Part shown: positions 48,233-56,960 of the stretch, one piece after another | How the letters are laid out: each line of letters starts with the position of its first letter | Position numbering within the stretch: the first letter of the stretch is position 1 | From: an uncultured Bacteroidaceae bacterium | GTDB lineage: Bacteria > Bacteroidota > Bacteroidia > Bacteroidales > GCA-2748055 | Assembly: GCA_964528675.1 (NCBI GenBank) | Contig: CAZGTU010000001.1 | Coordinates: forward strand, 12,679 to 76,678 | Reading direction: 5' to 3' | Length of the DNA stretch: 64,000 nucleotides | Notes under the pieces: model-generated | Database searches by the model: none | What the model saw: the letters and a program-made list of their open reading frames with translations, nothing else | Told to the model about the DNA's origin: nothing | Translations under genes and position numbers: made by a program

Positions 48233-48754
48233 ATGGCATTAGCAGTATGCGCATATCCTCAAATGAAAAATGAAGATTACTCTGATATACAAAGTTTTCG
48301 AAAAGAGCATGATGGATACTATTCAATAGTAAAACCTCATTTCTCATTCGTCTTCCCCCTTGAAGGGATCGAACAAAATGAGTTTATTGAAGAAATAGTG
48401 CAAAAGTCAGATGGTTTTGAAAAGATCGATTTTGAAATCTGATGTGCAACGGTAAATAAGGATGCTATTCTGGATATATATCATTTGTTATTAGTTCCCG
48501 ATAAAGGATATAGCAATATTGTTAAACTTCACGATAAACTATACAGCGATAAATTATTTAATCACCTGAGGCTGGACATTGATTTTATTCCCCATATGGG
48601 CATTGCAAATTCACGGGGTAAATATAAGCTTAAAAAATGGGCTGATGAATGGAACGCTAAGGATTTTTTAATCGCAGGAAGCATCGAATCATTGATGGTG
48701 GTGGATTATACAGATGATGTTCTTACTGATATCAAAGAGGTGCAGTTGAATTAA
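48233..48754 (+). pseudogene. 2H-phosphoesterase (LigT/2'-5' RNA ligase-like) superfamily gene with one in-frame TGA (48440-48442)
   Basis: ORFs 48233-48442 and 48485-48754 share a frame and read through as ..KIDFEI*CATVNKDAILDIYHLLLVPDKGY.. Two H-x-S/G-x motifs are present (PHFSFVF and PHMGIA). Confidence 0.5.
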
Positions 48755-49012
48755 CAAGAATTCTGTCAAATAAATTCAATCCAATACACAGGTCCTAACA
48801 ATACGATAATATCCTTAAATGATTTTTCAAATGCTGTAAACAATTTAATCTTAAAGGATTTAAATAAGGAATCCAAGGAATAAAGTTTATCCTAAGATCC
48901 TTATAGAAAATCTATTGACTGCGGATTGAATTTTAAATTAGCTCAGCCATCAAGCTTTCTTTATAAATATCCAGGGAAAATTTCATAACATAGTTATTTC
49001 CGAAAATTTCAA

Positions 49013-49200
49013 TCTACTTTGACAGATTGGATGAATAAGTGGATTTATATCCGATAATACCTGGATTACTGAATTTCGTTGAAGCTTAGGTGCAAAGGGT
49101 GAATGGAAAAACTCTTATTGCTTTATTAAAGGGAATTAGGGGAAAATCAAAAAATTAGCTTTAATTCCAGGTCAATTAAAAAAATAAAAAGTCAAATGTT
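49013..49200. mobile_element. Diverged second copy of the MITE-like element (inverted relative to 19165-19342)
   Basis: Begins TCTACTTTGACAGATT, as does the reverse complement of 19165-19342. Shares GATTT(T/A)TATCC, GAAGCTT(T)AG..GCA..AAGGGTGAA.GGA.AAAA.TCT and ATTA(A/G)GGG blocks. The right end is degenerate (AGTCAAATGTT). Confidence 0.35.
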
Positions 49201-49324
49201 TTTCATATCAAATCACATTAAAAATGATAAAAAAATAATACTTTTTTCTTTGTGTGTTATTTATTTGTTTTATATTTGCCTAAACACTGTTAATAACAGT
49301 TATTAAACTATTAAACAACTACCT

Positions 49325-50341
49325 ATGATACTAATCTCTAACTATTTTATCGCTATAGGCCTAACTGTTCTGGCGATGATATGTTGGGGTTCGTGGGCCA
49401 ATACCCAAAAAATGGCTCAAAAAAACTGGCGGTTTGAGCTTTATTATTGGGATAAAATAACCGGCAACCTTGCCATGGCCCTTTTGGCAGCAGTAACCCT
49501 TGGCAGTTTAGGATCGTCTAGACGTAAATTTATAACAGACCTTCAGCAGGCCGATACCAGCAGTATAATTTATGCCATGGCTGGAGGAGCTCTTTGGAAC
49601 GCAGGAAATTTTCTTTTGGTGGCCGCTATTGCCACTGCAGGAATGTCGGTGGCTTTTCCCATTGGAGGAGGCATAGCCTGGATTCTAGGAATTGTGGTGA
49701 ATTATGTGGTTGTGCTTATGGCAGGAAAAGTACCTAGCATCAAACCTGAATTATTATGGTTTGGCGTGTTACTGATCATTGTGGCCATATTCCTGAGTGG
49801 GAAGTCTTATGAGCGACTGGCAAAAAAACAGGAAAAAACTCCTTTAAGGGGTATTTTACTTTCGGTATTTGGTGGATTATTCATTGCCTTTTTCTACGGA
49901 TTTGTAGTTAAATCACTGGATAGCAATTTTGTGGATGGAGGAACCGGCACCCTGACCCCATATACAGCAATCGTATTCTTTTCTTTCGGTGTGATTATCT
50001 GCACCATATTGTTTTACCTCTTCTTCATGCGGCCACTCAAAGTAGGTATTCCCGGTTCATTCCAAGAGTATTTCTCCGGCACGCTGAAAACGCATGCTGC
50101 CGGATGGCTTGGAGGTTTGATATGGTGCTTCGGAATGGTGAGTAGTTTTATGGCTGTTGGAGCAGCGAACCCTGCAATAGCCTATGCCTTAAGCAATGCT
50201 GCGCCGGTAGTAGCTATCCTGTGGGGAGTTTTCGTATGGAAGGAATTCAGGGAAGCCCCCCGGGGCACTAATAATCTATTAATTATGATGTTTTTACTCT
50301 ATATAATTGGATTGCTTTTAATAACATATTCCAACGCTTAG
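49325..50341 (+). CDS. DMT-superfamily sugar transporter (RhaT/GlcU-like, 10 TM)
   Basis: 338 aa with about 10 hydrophobic helices. The N-terminal CWGSWANTQK pattern resembles sugar:H+ symporters of the GRP/RhaT type. Confidence 0.5.
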   Translation: MILISNYFIAIGLTVLAMICWGSWANTQKMAQKNWRFELYYWDKITGNLAMALLAAVTLGSLGSSRRKFITDLQQADTSSIIYAMAGGALWNAGNFLLVAAIATAGMSVAFPIGGGIAWILGIVVNYVVVLMAGKVPSIKPELLWFGVLLIIVAIFLSGKSYERLAKKQEKTPLRGILLSVFGGLFIAFFYGFVVKSLDSNFVDGGTGTLTPYTAIVFFSFGVIICTILFYLFFMRPLKVGIPGSFQEYFSGTLKTHAAGWLGGLIWCFGMVSSFMAVGAANPAIAYALSNAAPVVAILWGVFVWKEFREAPRGTNNLLIMMFLLYIIGLLLITYSNA

Positions 50342-50456
50342 GCTATTAAAAAATCCTGATGCTGTTTCGTGTCTTATTGTTTTTGTAAATGAATATAAAA
50401 CAGCTTGTAACAAAATACAACGGTAAAAGAACCAAAACTATTATAATCCGGGGACT

Positions 50457-50996
50457 ATGATAGAGCTAATATTATTACAGAAGCTTAAAAAGGGTGATGA
50501 ATTAGCCTTTGAGTTAATTTTCAAGGAGCATTACCCATCTCTGGTAAGATACGCTACAGGATTGATAGGTTCAACTACAGAAGCCGAGGATTTGGTAGAA
50601 GACTGTTTCTTCTGGCTATGGCAGGAGCGGGAAACCATAACAATTAGAAAAACATTACAGGCTTTTTTGTATTCCGTTGTGCATAATAAATGTCTGAATC
50701 ACTTGAAGAAGCAAAAAGTTAACAGGAAATATGAAGCTTATTTAAAAGTTCACGCCATCAAAATGGAAATCAACTATCCTGAATCTATTTTAATATCAAA
50801 AGATTTATCTGGAAAGATAAAGGAAGGAATTGATAAACTCCCTAAGCAATGCAAATTGATTTTCTGTTTAAGCAGGCATGAAGGAAAAAAATACGAGGAA
50901 ATTGCTCTAATGCTGAATATTTCGATAAATACAGTCAAAAAACAGATGTCAAGGGCAATTTTCAAATTACGTGAAGACCTGAAAGAATATTTATAA
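50457..50996 (+). CDS. ECF-type RNA polymerase sigma-70 factor (Bacteroides expansion type)
   Basis: 179 aa. Region 2 (LVRYATGLIGSTTEAEDLVEDCF) and a region 4 HTH (YEEIALMLNISINTVKKQMSRA). Confidence 0.85.
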   Translation: MIELILLQKLKKGDELAFELIFKEHYPSLVRYATGLIGSTTEAEDLVEDCFFWLWQERETITIRKTLQAFLYSVVHNKCLNHLKKQKVNRKYEAYLKVHAIKMEINYPESILISKDLSGKIKEGIDKLPKQCKLIFCLSRHEGKKYEEIALMLNISINTVKKQMSRAIFKLREDLKEYL

Positions 50997-51065
50997 AATT
51001 AAATCATTACTTTTTTTAAATAAACAAGCTGAATAAGCCAACATATTGCAGTAAAACTTTTACAA

Positions 51066-51530
51066 ATGAAAAGAATTTGTCCAATTCTTATTCATTTATT
51101 AATGCACAGGAAGTAAAGCAATATGGCCCACCCATTGACTTTACAACGGTCCATTGAGGATCTCTGAAAACAGAAGGTTTCTTCTGCATGAAAATGGGAC
51201 TCCTTTTTTCTATCAGGGAGACACCTCCTAGGAATTGTTTCACCGGCTCAATCGTGAGGATGCAGAACAATACATCGAAAACCGCCGGGAAAAAGGATTC
51301 ACTTTTACCCAGGCATTCGCACTCGCAGAATTGAATGGCCTTAATGACCCAAATCCATATCGAGAAAAACCACTTTTCGATAATGATCCCACCAAACCCA
51401 ATGAAAAATATTGGGAGCATGTCGAGTGGGTCATAAAAAAAGCGGAAGAAAAGGGCCTAAAATTTTTACTCCGGAGAATACATTTCTTTATGGAAGATGG
51501 ATTGGAAAACCCTTTCGTTGCCATAGCTGG
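51066..51530 (+). pseudogene. GH140 (DUF4038) pseudogene: degenerate signal peptide, TGG->TAG in the GDTAWE motif, internal deletion and frameshift
   Basis: The frame containing 51139-51480 reads [52 protein letters not shown]...[24 protein letters not shown]. This parallels 33800-35287, with TAG at 51229-51231. The next homologous block ([15 protein letters not shown]) is in another frame. Confidence 0.7.
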
Positions 51531-51773
51531 TGGAATACCGCCTACCCTGTATTTGAAACACAGCCCTTCCTGGCTCAGCTCGAACAGTTCGCCCTTACCG
51601 ACCAGGGATCTCACCAGTTCGATGTGGTGCGCTACCTGTTTGGTGAAGCGGAAACGATCTATTCACAAATACAAACCGTTAACCCCACGATTAAAGGGGA
51701 AGATGTGGCTACCAGCCTGATCCGTATGAAAAACGGGGTGGTCGTAACCCAGGAAAGAACAAACAACCCATAA
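51531..51773 (+). pseudogene. C-terminal fragment of a Gfo/Idh/MocA-type oxidoreductase fused behind the GH140 relic
   Basis: Reads [25 protein letters not shown]....[17 protein letters not shown], which resembles the C-terminal dimerisation domain of the family. No N-terminal Rossmann part is present. Confidence 0.4.
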
Positions 51774-51795
51774 GGAATCCAATTTACCCGACACT

Positions 51796-52266
51796 GTGGA
51801 TCCCAGGCAGCCATCTGAATTTATTGCAATCTGGACCCTGGGTTCTATTTCCAAGCTGATGTTCGCCGGAGTTAGGTCAGCAAGCTTGTTTGAAACCCTG
51901 GGAAGAAGAGGAATAATGCAAAGTGAAAGCCTTTTGCCTGGCTATGGCATTTTCACAGAGCAAGCATTGAAGAGATACCCTGTTTACTTTATTTTGAGGG
52001 AACTTCTGAAATTTAAGGAGGCTGCATTCCGACCAATGGGTGATTTAGGAAATCGCTATTTAGGCAGTTTTCTGATTGAAAATAAACATGAAAAAGAACT
52101 TTGGATCTGGAACCTAAGTGAAAATACAATAAGGCCTCCTGAAGTAATATTTTTAGAATTTAAAACTATCCAGGTTTTGAATATGAGTTCTGGTAAACGG
52201 ATAGTTGTAAATAATAGTTATTCAATTGGGGGATATGCCCTTATGCCATTCAAAAATAAATTTTAG
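51796..52266 (+). pseudogene. Probable C-terminal fragment of an unidentified protein
   Basis: 156 aa ORF with no plausible N-terminus or signal. It lies directly after two gene fragments. No family recognised. Confidence 0.25.
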
Positions 52267-52306
52267 GCTCATACACCCACATTTTTCAGACTTCATTTAC
52301 TAAAAA

Positions 52307-52337
52307 ATTCCGCCCGGAAAAAATTTCCAGGCGGAAT
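52307..52337. terminator. Hairpin between convergent genes
   Basis: ATTCCGCCcGGAAAaaaTTTCCaGGCGGAAT, with an 8-bp outer and a 5-bp inner stem. A-rich and T-rich flanks. Confidence 0.5.
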
Positions 52338-52447
52338 CACTAACTAACTAAAACCAACCAACAAAGACTAAAAAACACAACAATCAACTCATTATGTGTT
52401 AAATAGCTTTACTACTAAAACTACTCTCTCCTAAATTTCTTTCATTC

Positions 52448-54085
52448 CTAAATATCCTCTTCCGGCTTGGGAAAATACCGCATAGGACCTGTATATCGTA
52501 CATAGGAATCAAATATTTCCTTATCGGGTCCCACCACCCTTGGATCACCCGATCTTTCCAGTTCCTCAATCAATAATTCTTTCAATTCATTTTCAATCTT
52601 TTCATAATCTGCCCTGCCGGAAAGATTAATGAGATTGAAAGGATCATTCTTACTGTCATATAACTCAAATTCTGGCCGTTTTGAATGAGCAAGCTCAAAA
52701 AATGGCCATATATTTTCATCTTTCCAATGTTCAGCAATAAATGATTTTGCAGGGGAAGCATCGATATCAGTAAACGCCCAGTCTGAATGATGAATTCCGT
52801 TTTCATCTATTCCATACATTGGAAACATTTCTTCAGGATTCTCAGGGTTCAAAGCCTGAGGAGCACCTGCCGGCCAACGCTCCGGTTTGATATTCCAGAT
52901 AAACAGGAAATCCTCTGTTCGAAGAGCTCTTTGAGGGTAGCCCCAATTTCTATATCGGGAAGAAGAATGCCTCTCCCTACCGAAAAAAGCTATGGTGTTT
53001 TCTTTATCAACCAGTCCTTGTTTTTTGGATTCCAAAACATTTAAAAAACTTCTTCCTGTCATAGGCATCATATCCTCAGCACTTATCCCGGTTATTTCAA
53101 AGAGGGTTGGAGCTATGTCAATAAAACCCACAAAATCCTCAACCTTCCTTTTGCCGGGAAACTTATCGGGATATCTGATGGCAAGGGGAACATGAACACC
53201 ATATTCATAGCAGTTGGCCTTGGCCCTTGGGAAAGGCATCCCATTATCGGCGGTGACAATCACAATGGTATTGTCCAGTTCCCCGATTTCTTCAAGGTAT
53301 TCAAGCATTCGCTGAAGGTGCAAATCAAACCACTCTATTTCAATTGCATAATCCAAAAGATCTCCACGTATTATATCACTATCCGGAAAAAAACCAGGGA
53401 CTTCCACATCTTCTAATGACTTGCCAGCTCTTTTCCATGAATCTTTTTCATAATCCCTGTGAGGTTCCCATGCGCCATACCAGAAAAAAAAGGGCTTTTC
53501 TCCTCTTACATTTTCTAAAAAGAACTTAAAATTCTCAAAGTAATTTACAGAGTTTATCTCATTTGCCGTTCTTTCATCATCCAAAGAGTTTGGGATATAC
53601 CGTATATTACTATGCTCCGGCCCGGCGGCATCGGTAGTTCTCCATAGTGAATCTTTTTCATCGCTTGCATAACGGAAAGGTACTACACCTTTACCGGTGC
53701 GCCCCGTAGCATATCCTCCTTCTTCCAGCAGATCAATAAACGGAACATGCTTTTTTAACCAGGAGGAGCCGTGCTGGCCCGATTGTTCATTTTGCCAATG
53801 ATGCCTGCCGGTAACCAGGGCGCTGCGGGAAGGGGCACACCCCGGTGAAGGAACAAAACAGTTCGAAAAGTAGATGCCTTCGGAAGCAACCCGGTCAAAT
53901 GCAGGTGTATTGACAAATTTGCAGCCCAGGAAGCTGGTATGGGCAAAAGATTGATCATCGCTGATAGCAAAAAGGATATTTGGAAGCTCAGGATCATTTT
54001 TGTCAGTCTGAGTTGAGCATGCTGTCATAAAAAAGGTACCTAAAATAAAAATACCTGATTGACTAATTTTTGATATTTTGTTCAT
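52448..54085 (-). CDS. Sulfatase (S1 family, formylglycine-dependent)
   Basis: 545 aa with a lipoprotein signal (FFMTACS). Contains the ISDDQS metal site and the SPGCAPSRSALVTGR (C-x-P-S-R) formylglycine motif. Confidence 0.9.
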   Translation of the reverse strand: MNKISKISQSGIFILGTFFMTACSTQTDKNDPELPNILFAISDDQSFAHTSFLGCKFVNTPAFDRVASEGIYFSNCFVPSPGCAPSRSALVTGRHHWQNEQSGQHGSSWLKKHVPFIDLLEEGGYATGRTGKGVVPFRYASDEKDSLWRTTDAAGPEHSNIRYIPNSLDDERTANEINSVNYFENFKFFLENVRGEKPFFFWYGAWEPHRDYEKDSWKRAGKSLEDVEVPGFFPDSDIIRGDLLDYAIEIEWFDLHLQRMLEYLEEIGELDNTIVIVTADNGMPFPRAKANCYEYGVHVPLAIRYPDKFPGKRKVEDFVGFIDIAPTLFEITGISAEDMMPMTGRSFLNVLESKKQGLVDKENTIAFFGRERHSSSRYRNWGYPQRALRTEDFLFIWNIKPERWPAGAPQALNPENPEEMFPMYGIDENGIHHSDWAFTDIDASPAKSFIAEHWKDENIWPFFELAHSKRPEFELYDSKNDPFNLINLSGRADYEKIENELKELLIEELERSGDPRVVGPDKEIFDSYVRYTGPMRYFPKPEEDI

Positions 54086-54106
54086 ATCCGATATATAATT
54101 TTCAAT

Positions 54107-55528
54107 TCAGTTCAAAAAAATCAAAACTGCCCATTGCCCCTTTCCGGGTTTCTTCAATATAACAGTCTGACCTGATACAATCTGTTCCTCCATCCACTGT
54201 GCATTGAGAATATCCAACCATCTAATCGTTAACCTGCCACCAGTATTTCCTGTATCCAATTCTACTTCCCTTCCTGATGCAGTAAAAAAAATTGCATATT
54301 GTTTCCCTTCGTTACCCATGATATATGCTTCATTTTCTTCCCTTGAGATAAGAAGATGAGACAATTCCTGGTGAGGCTTAATCGTTTTGAGTTCAAAATG
54401 ATCTGTAATCATCCTAAGACTTTTTATATTAGCCTGGGCAATTTCATTTAACCCCTGCCCTGCCGTGGGCCTATGAAATCTGACGCCGGCCTGCCCTGCA
54501 AAAACACTTCTCCAAACCCTCTCTATACCCTCATCCACACCCCTGGTCCAATATATTAGATCTCCACCATATTGCTTGACACTGTTAAGGGGGGCGGGAT
54601 GCACAGATAACCGGCTAACTTCTTCAGCTATGGTATTAAAATGCTCCTCCCCAATGTTTGAGTCTCTTGAACGATAAAGATTGCTGGCCGATTGCGATAA
54701 ATCCGCAAAATCAAAGCCATATTCCGTTACCGGAGATGAAGAAGGGATCATTAACATATCCCCGACATAAATCTGCCGATTCAATTTGCCAGCAATTTCT
54801 CTGATGTAATCCAACCATAAGACACTCCAGGATACATCAATGGCTGATTCATTATTAATGCAATACAATACATTAGGAAATTCAATTGATGACCTGATTA
54901 TCATTTCAACAAACTTTTCCTGGTATTTACGAACAAGTTCCATATTCTCCCCGGGAATATGAGCTCTAAAAAAAGGGTGATCATTAGCCTGCCTGACCCC
55001 AAAATCAATTTTTAATGGCAACTTTGATTCTTCAGATGTATAATTGATATTATTGACAGGATTAAAAGCCCTTTTTTCCCAATTTCCGATATACCAATCG
55101 TGCATATCCCAGAGTTCTATCTGAACAATAATATCATGATTCATTGCGATCTCCAATAAATTTCGAAAACTCTGCCAGTATTCAGGATTCCATTGATTCA
55201 GGTCATAAAGTCCGTTTTCGAGTTTAAGAAAGGGTTCCAAATTACCGCTATCCCTGCTGCTCATGGTATTCCTGATATAATTACCCCCAAAAGAGGCCAG
55301 TAATGCCAGATGCTTTTCCAACTTCTCTTTTTCCCATTGAAAAAGATTATCATCGTCACTTCCTCCGATCAAAAGAACCGATTCCCCTTTGTACTGCCAG
55401 TAATATGAATTCGCGGAATAGGGTTGTATCCCGATATCTTTGTTCTTATTACAGGAATATAGTGTGATAAGACACCCTATTAAGGGGAATAAAACGAACG
55501 TCCGGATTTTTATTTTGATAAATGCCAT
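54107..55528 (-). CDS. Hypothetical lipoprotein, cellulase-like (clan GH-A TIM-barrel) glycoside-hydrolase candidate
   Basis: The ORF runs to 55585, but MAFIKIKIRTFVLFPLIGCLITLYSC at 55528 gives a lipobox. Blocks such as GGNYIRN and IVQIELWD suggest a GH-A fold. The assignment is weak. Confidence 0.35.
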   Translation of the reverse strand: MAFIKIKIRTFVLFPLIGCLITLYSCNKNKDIGIQPYSANSYYWQYKGESVLLIGGSDDDNLFQWEKEKLEKHLALLASFGGNYIRNTMSSRDSGNLEPFLKLENGLYDLNQWNPEYWQSFRNLLEIAMNHDIIVQIELWDMHDWYIGNWEKRAFNPVNNINYTSEESKLPLKIDFGVRQANDHPFFRAHIPGENMELVRKYQEKFVEMIIRSSIEFPNVLYCINNESAIDVSWSVLWLDYIREIAGKLNRQIYVGDMLMIPSSSPVTEYGFDFADLSQSASNLYRSRDSNIGEEHFNTIAEEVSRLSVHPAPLNSVKQYGGDLIYWTRGVDEGIERVWRSVFAGQAGVRFHRPTAGQGLNEIAQANIKSLRMITDHFELKTIKPHQELSHLLISREENEAYIMGNEGKQYAIFFTASGREVELDTGNTGGRLTIRWLDILNAQWMEEQIVSGQTVILKKPGKGQWAVLIFLN

Positions 55529-55595
55529 TCTTTCAAACAGTTGGATATTGATATGTTGATTATTGAACCATTCATGAGATTTCAAAAAATTGCTC

Positions 55596-56813
55596 TTAAT
55601 CTAAAAGTTTGGATACTTCAACCCCTGCAAGTATTGTTATACCTACCCCATGTGTATCATTCTCAATCACCGCCCTCGAATAATAATAATCAATATCTTC
55701 ACTGATGCTGGTTCCTCTGCATATATTTCTGACCGTTCCTTCCGCAGTAATATTTGTCAGAAGTCCCTTCCAGCCATTAAGGGCGATTGTTTTATATCTG
55801 TCATCAACCCACCCGTTATTAACAGCCATTGCTATAGAATAGGTAAACATTGCAGTGCAGGAGGTTTCCAGGTATGAATCATTCTTATCAAGCAGCTGAT
55901 GCCATAGCCCACTCGGCGACTGATATTGAGCAACCCCCCTGATATTCCGGTTAAGAATCGAAACGACGTCAGCCCTTTTGGGATGATCTTCAGGGAGAAA
56001 CCTGAGCAGATCTGCTGTTGCCACCATCATCCATCCGTTGCACCTTCCCCAGAAATGTCCACCTACTGCATCTATATCTCCATAATAGCAGTGCCGCATG
56101 ATTTGTTTTTCAGGCATATACAATAAATTATTAAACAGAAAAACCTGTTTGACCGCTTCATCAAAGTATTTATTCTCTCCTGTAAGCTTACCCATTCTGG
56201 CGAGGAAAGGCACAGACATATAAAGATCATCTGCCCAAACAGTGTTATATTCCGGGAACGACCGTGAAAAGGTTCCGTCATCAAGCCTCATTTGCCTGTT
56301 CATAATATGGTCGGCTGCCCGGTCGATGTATGTTTTGTATTCCTTCTTTTTATCGGTATTGTACAACTCAATTAGACTTGCCCCCATAGAGCCGCAATGA
56401 TCAAGCTCTTCTACAACAATAGCCTGTCCAAGAGGAAAGTTCCATACATTTTCACCATTATATATTGATTTAAAATATTCAAGGTCCTCAAAAAAGAATT
56501 CGAAATTCTTACGTGTGAAATTTTTATATTTCTCTTCTTCCATTACCTGAGCCAGATAATTAAAAGCAACATGTACAACCCCAACGGCGTAGTGCCATCT
56601 ATTGAATTCACTTTGTGGTACCACGTATTTGTTGTAGCCGTAATTCTGAATATCATTTATCAGATTACCTGTTGCATTATCGTAATAAAGATACGTTGCT
56701 TCTTTTACGGCATTATCTGCAATTTTTTTTACTGTGTTAAGAACTTCGTCCTTCGATAAGTTCTGAGCATTTAGTGAACTTGCAGAAATAATAATTAATA
56801 CCAGGAATTTCAT
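55596..56813 (-). CDS. Glycosyl hydrolase family 88/105 (unsaturated glucuronyl / rhamnogalacturonyl hydrolase)
   Basis: The ORF runs to 56864; the probable start is MKFLVLIIISASSLNAQ at 56813. Contains VWADDLYMSVPFLARMG and FWGRCNGWMMVA, characteristic of PF07470. Confidence 0.8.
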   Translation of the reverse strand: MKFLVLIIISASSLNAQNLSKDEVLNTVKKIADNAVKEATYLYYDNATGNLINDIQNYGYNKYVVPQSEFNRWHYAVGVVHVAFNYLAQVMEEEKYKNFTRKNFEFFFEDLEYFKSIYNGENVWNFPLGQAIVVEELDHCGSMGASLIELYNTDKKKEYKTYIDRAADHIMNRQMRLDDGTFSRSFPEYNTVWADDLYMSVPFLARMGKLTGENKYFDEAVKQVFLFNNLLYMPEKQIMRHCYYGDIDAVGGHFWGRCNGWMMVATADLLRFLPEDHPKRADVVSILNRNIRGVAQYQSPSGLWHQLLDKNDSYLETSCTAMFTYSIAMAVNNGWVDDRYKTIALNGWKGLLTNITAEGTVRNICRGTSISEDIDYYYSRAVIENDTHGVGITILAGVEVSKLLD

Positions 56814-56960
56814 CCATGTTATTCTGCCGCGGAAAATTGATTTATTAATAATTACACTTTTCATTTTATTTTATTTTGGGGTTAGTATTTTACGTTCAAT
56901 ATTTTTTAGTCGAGTATGTTTTTAAATTCTAATATCTGTATCCACTGCAAAAAATAATTT

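Noticed and set aside
48440-48442. In-frame TGA in the 2H-like gene as a possible selenocysteine codon.
   Set aside because: No stable SECIS-like hairpin follows the TGA, and the position is not a known redox motif. No selA/selB/selD genes are in view. A nonsense mutation is the simpler reading.
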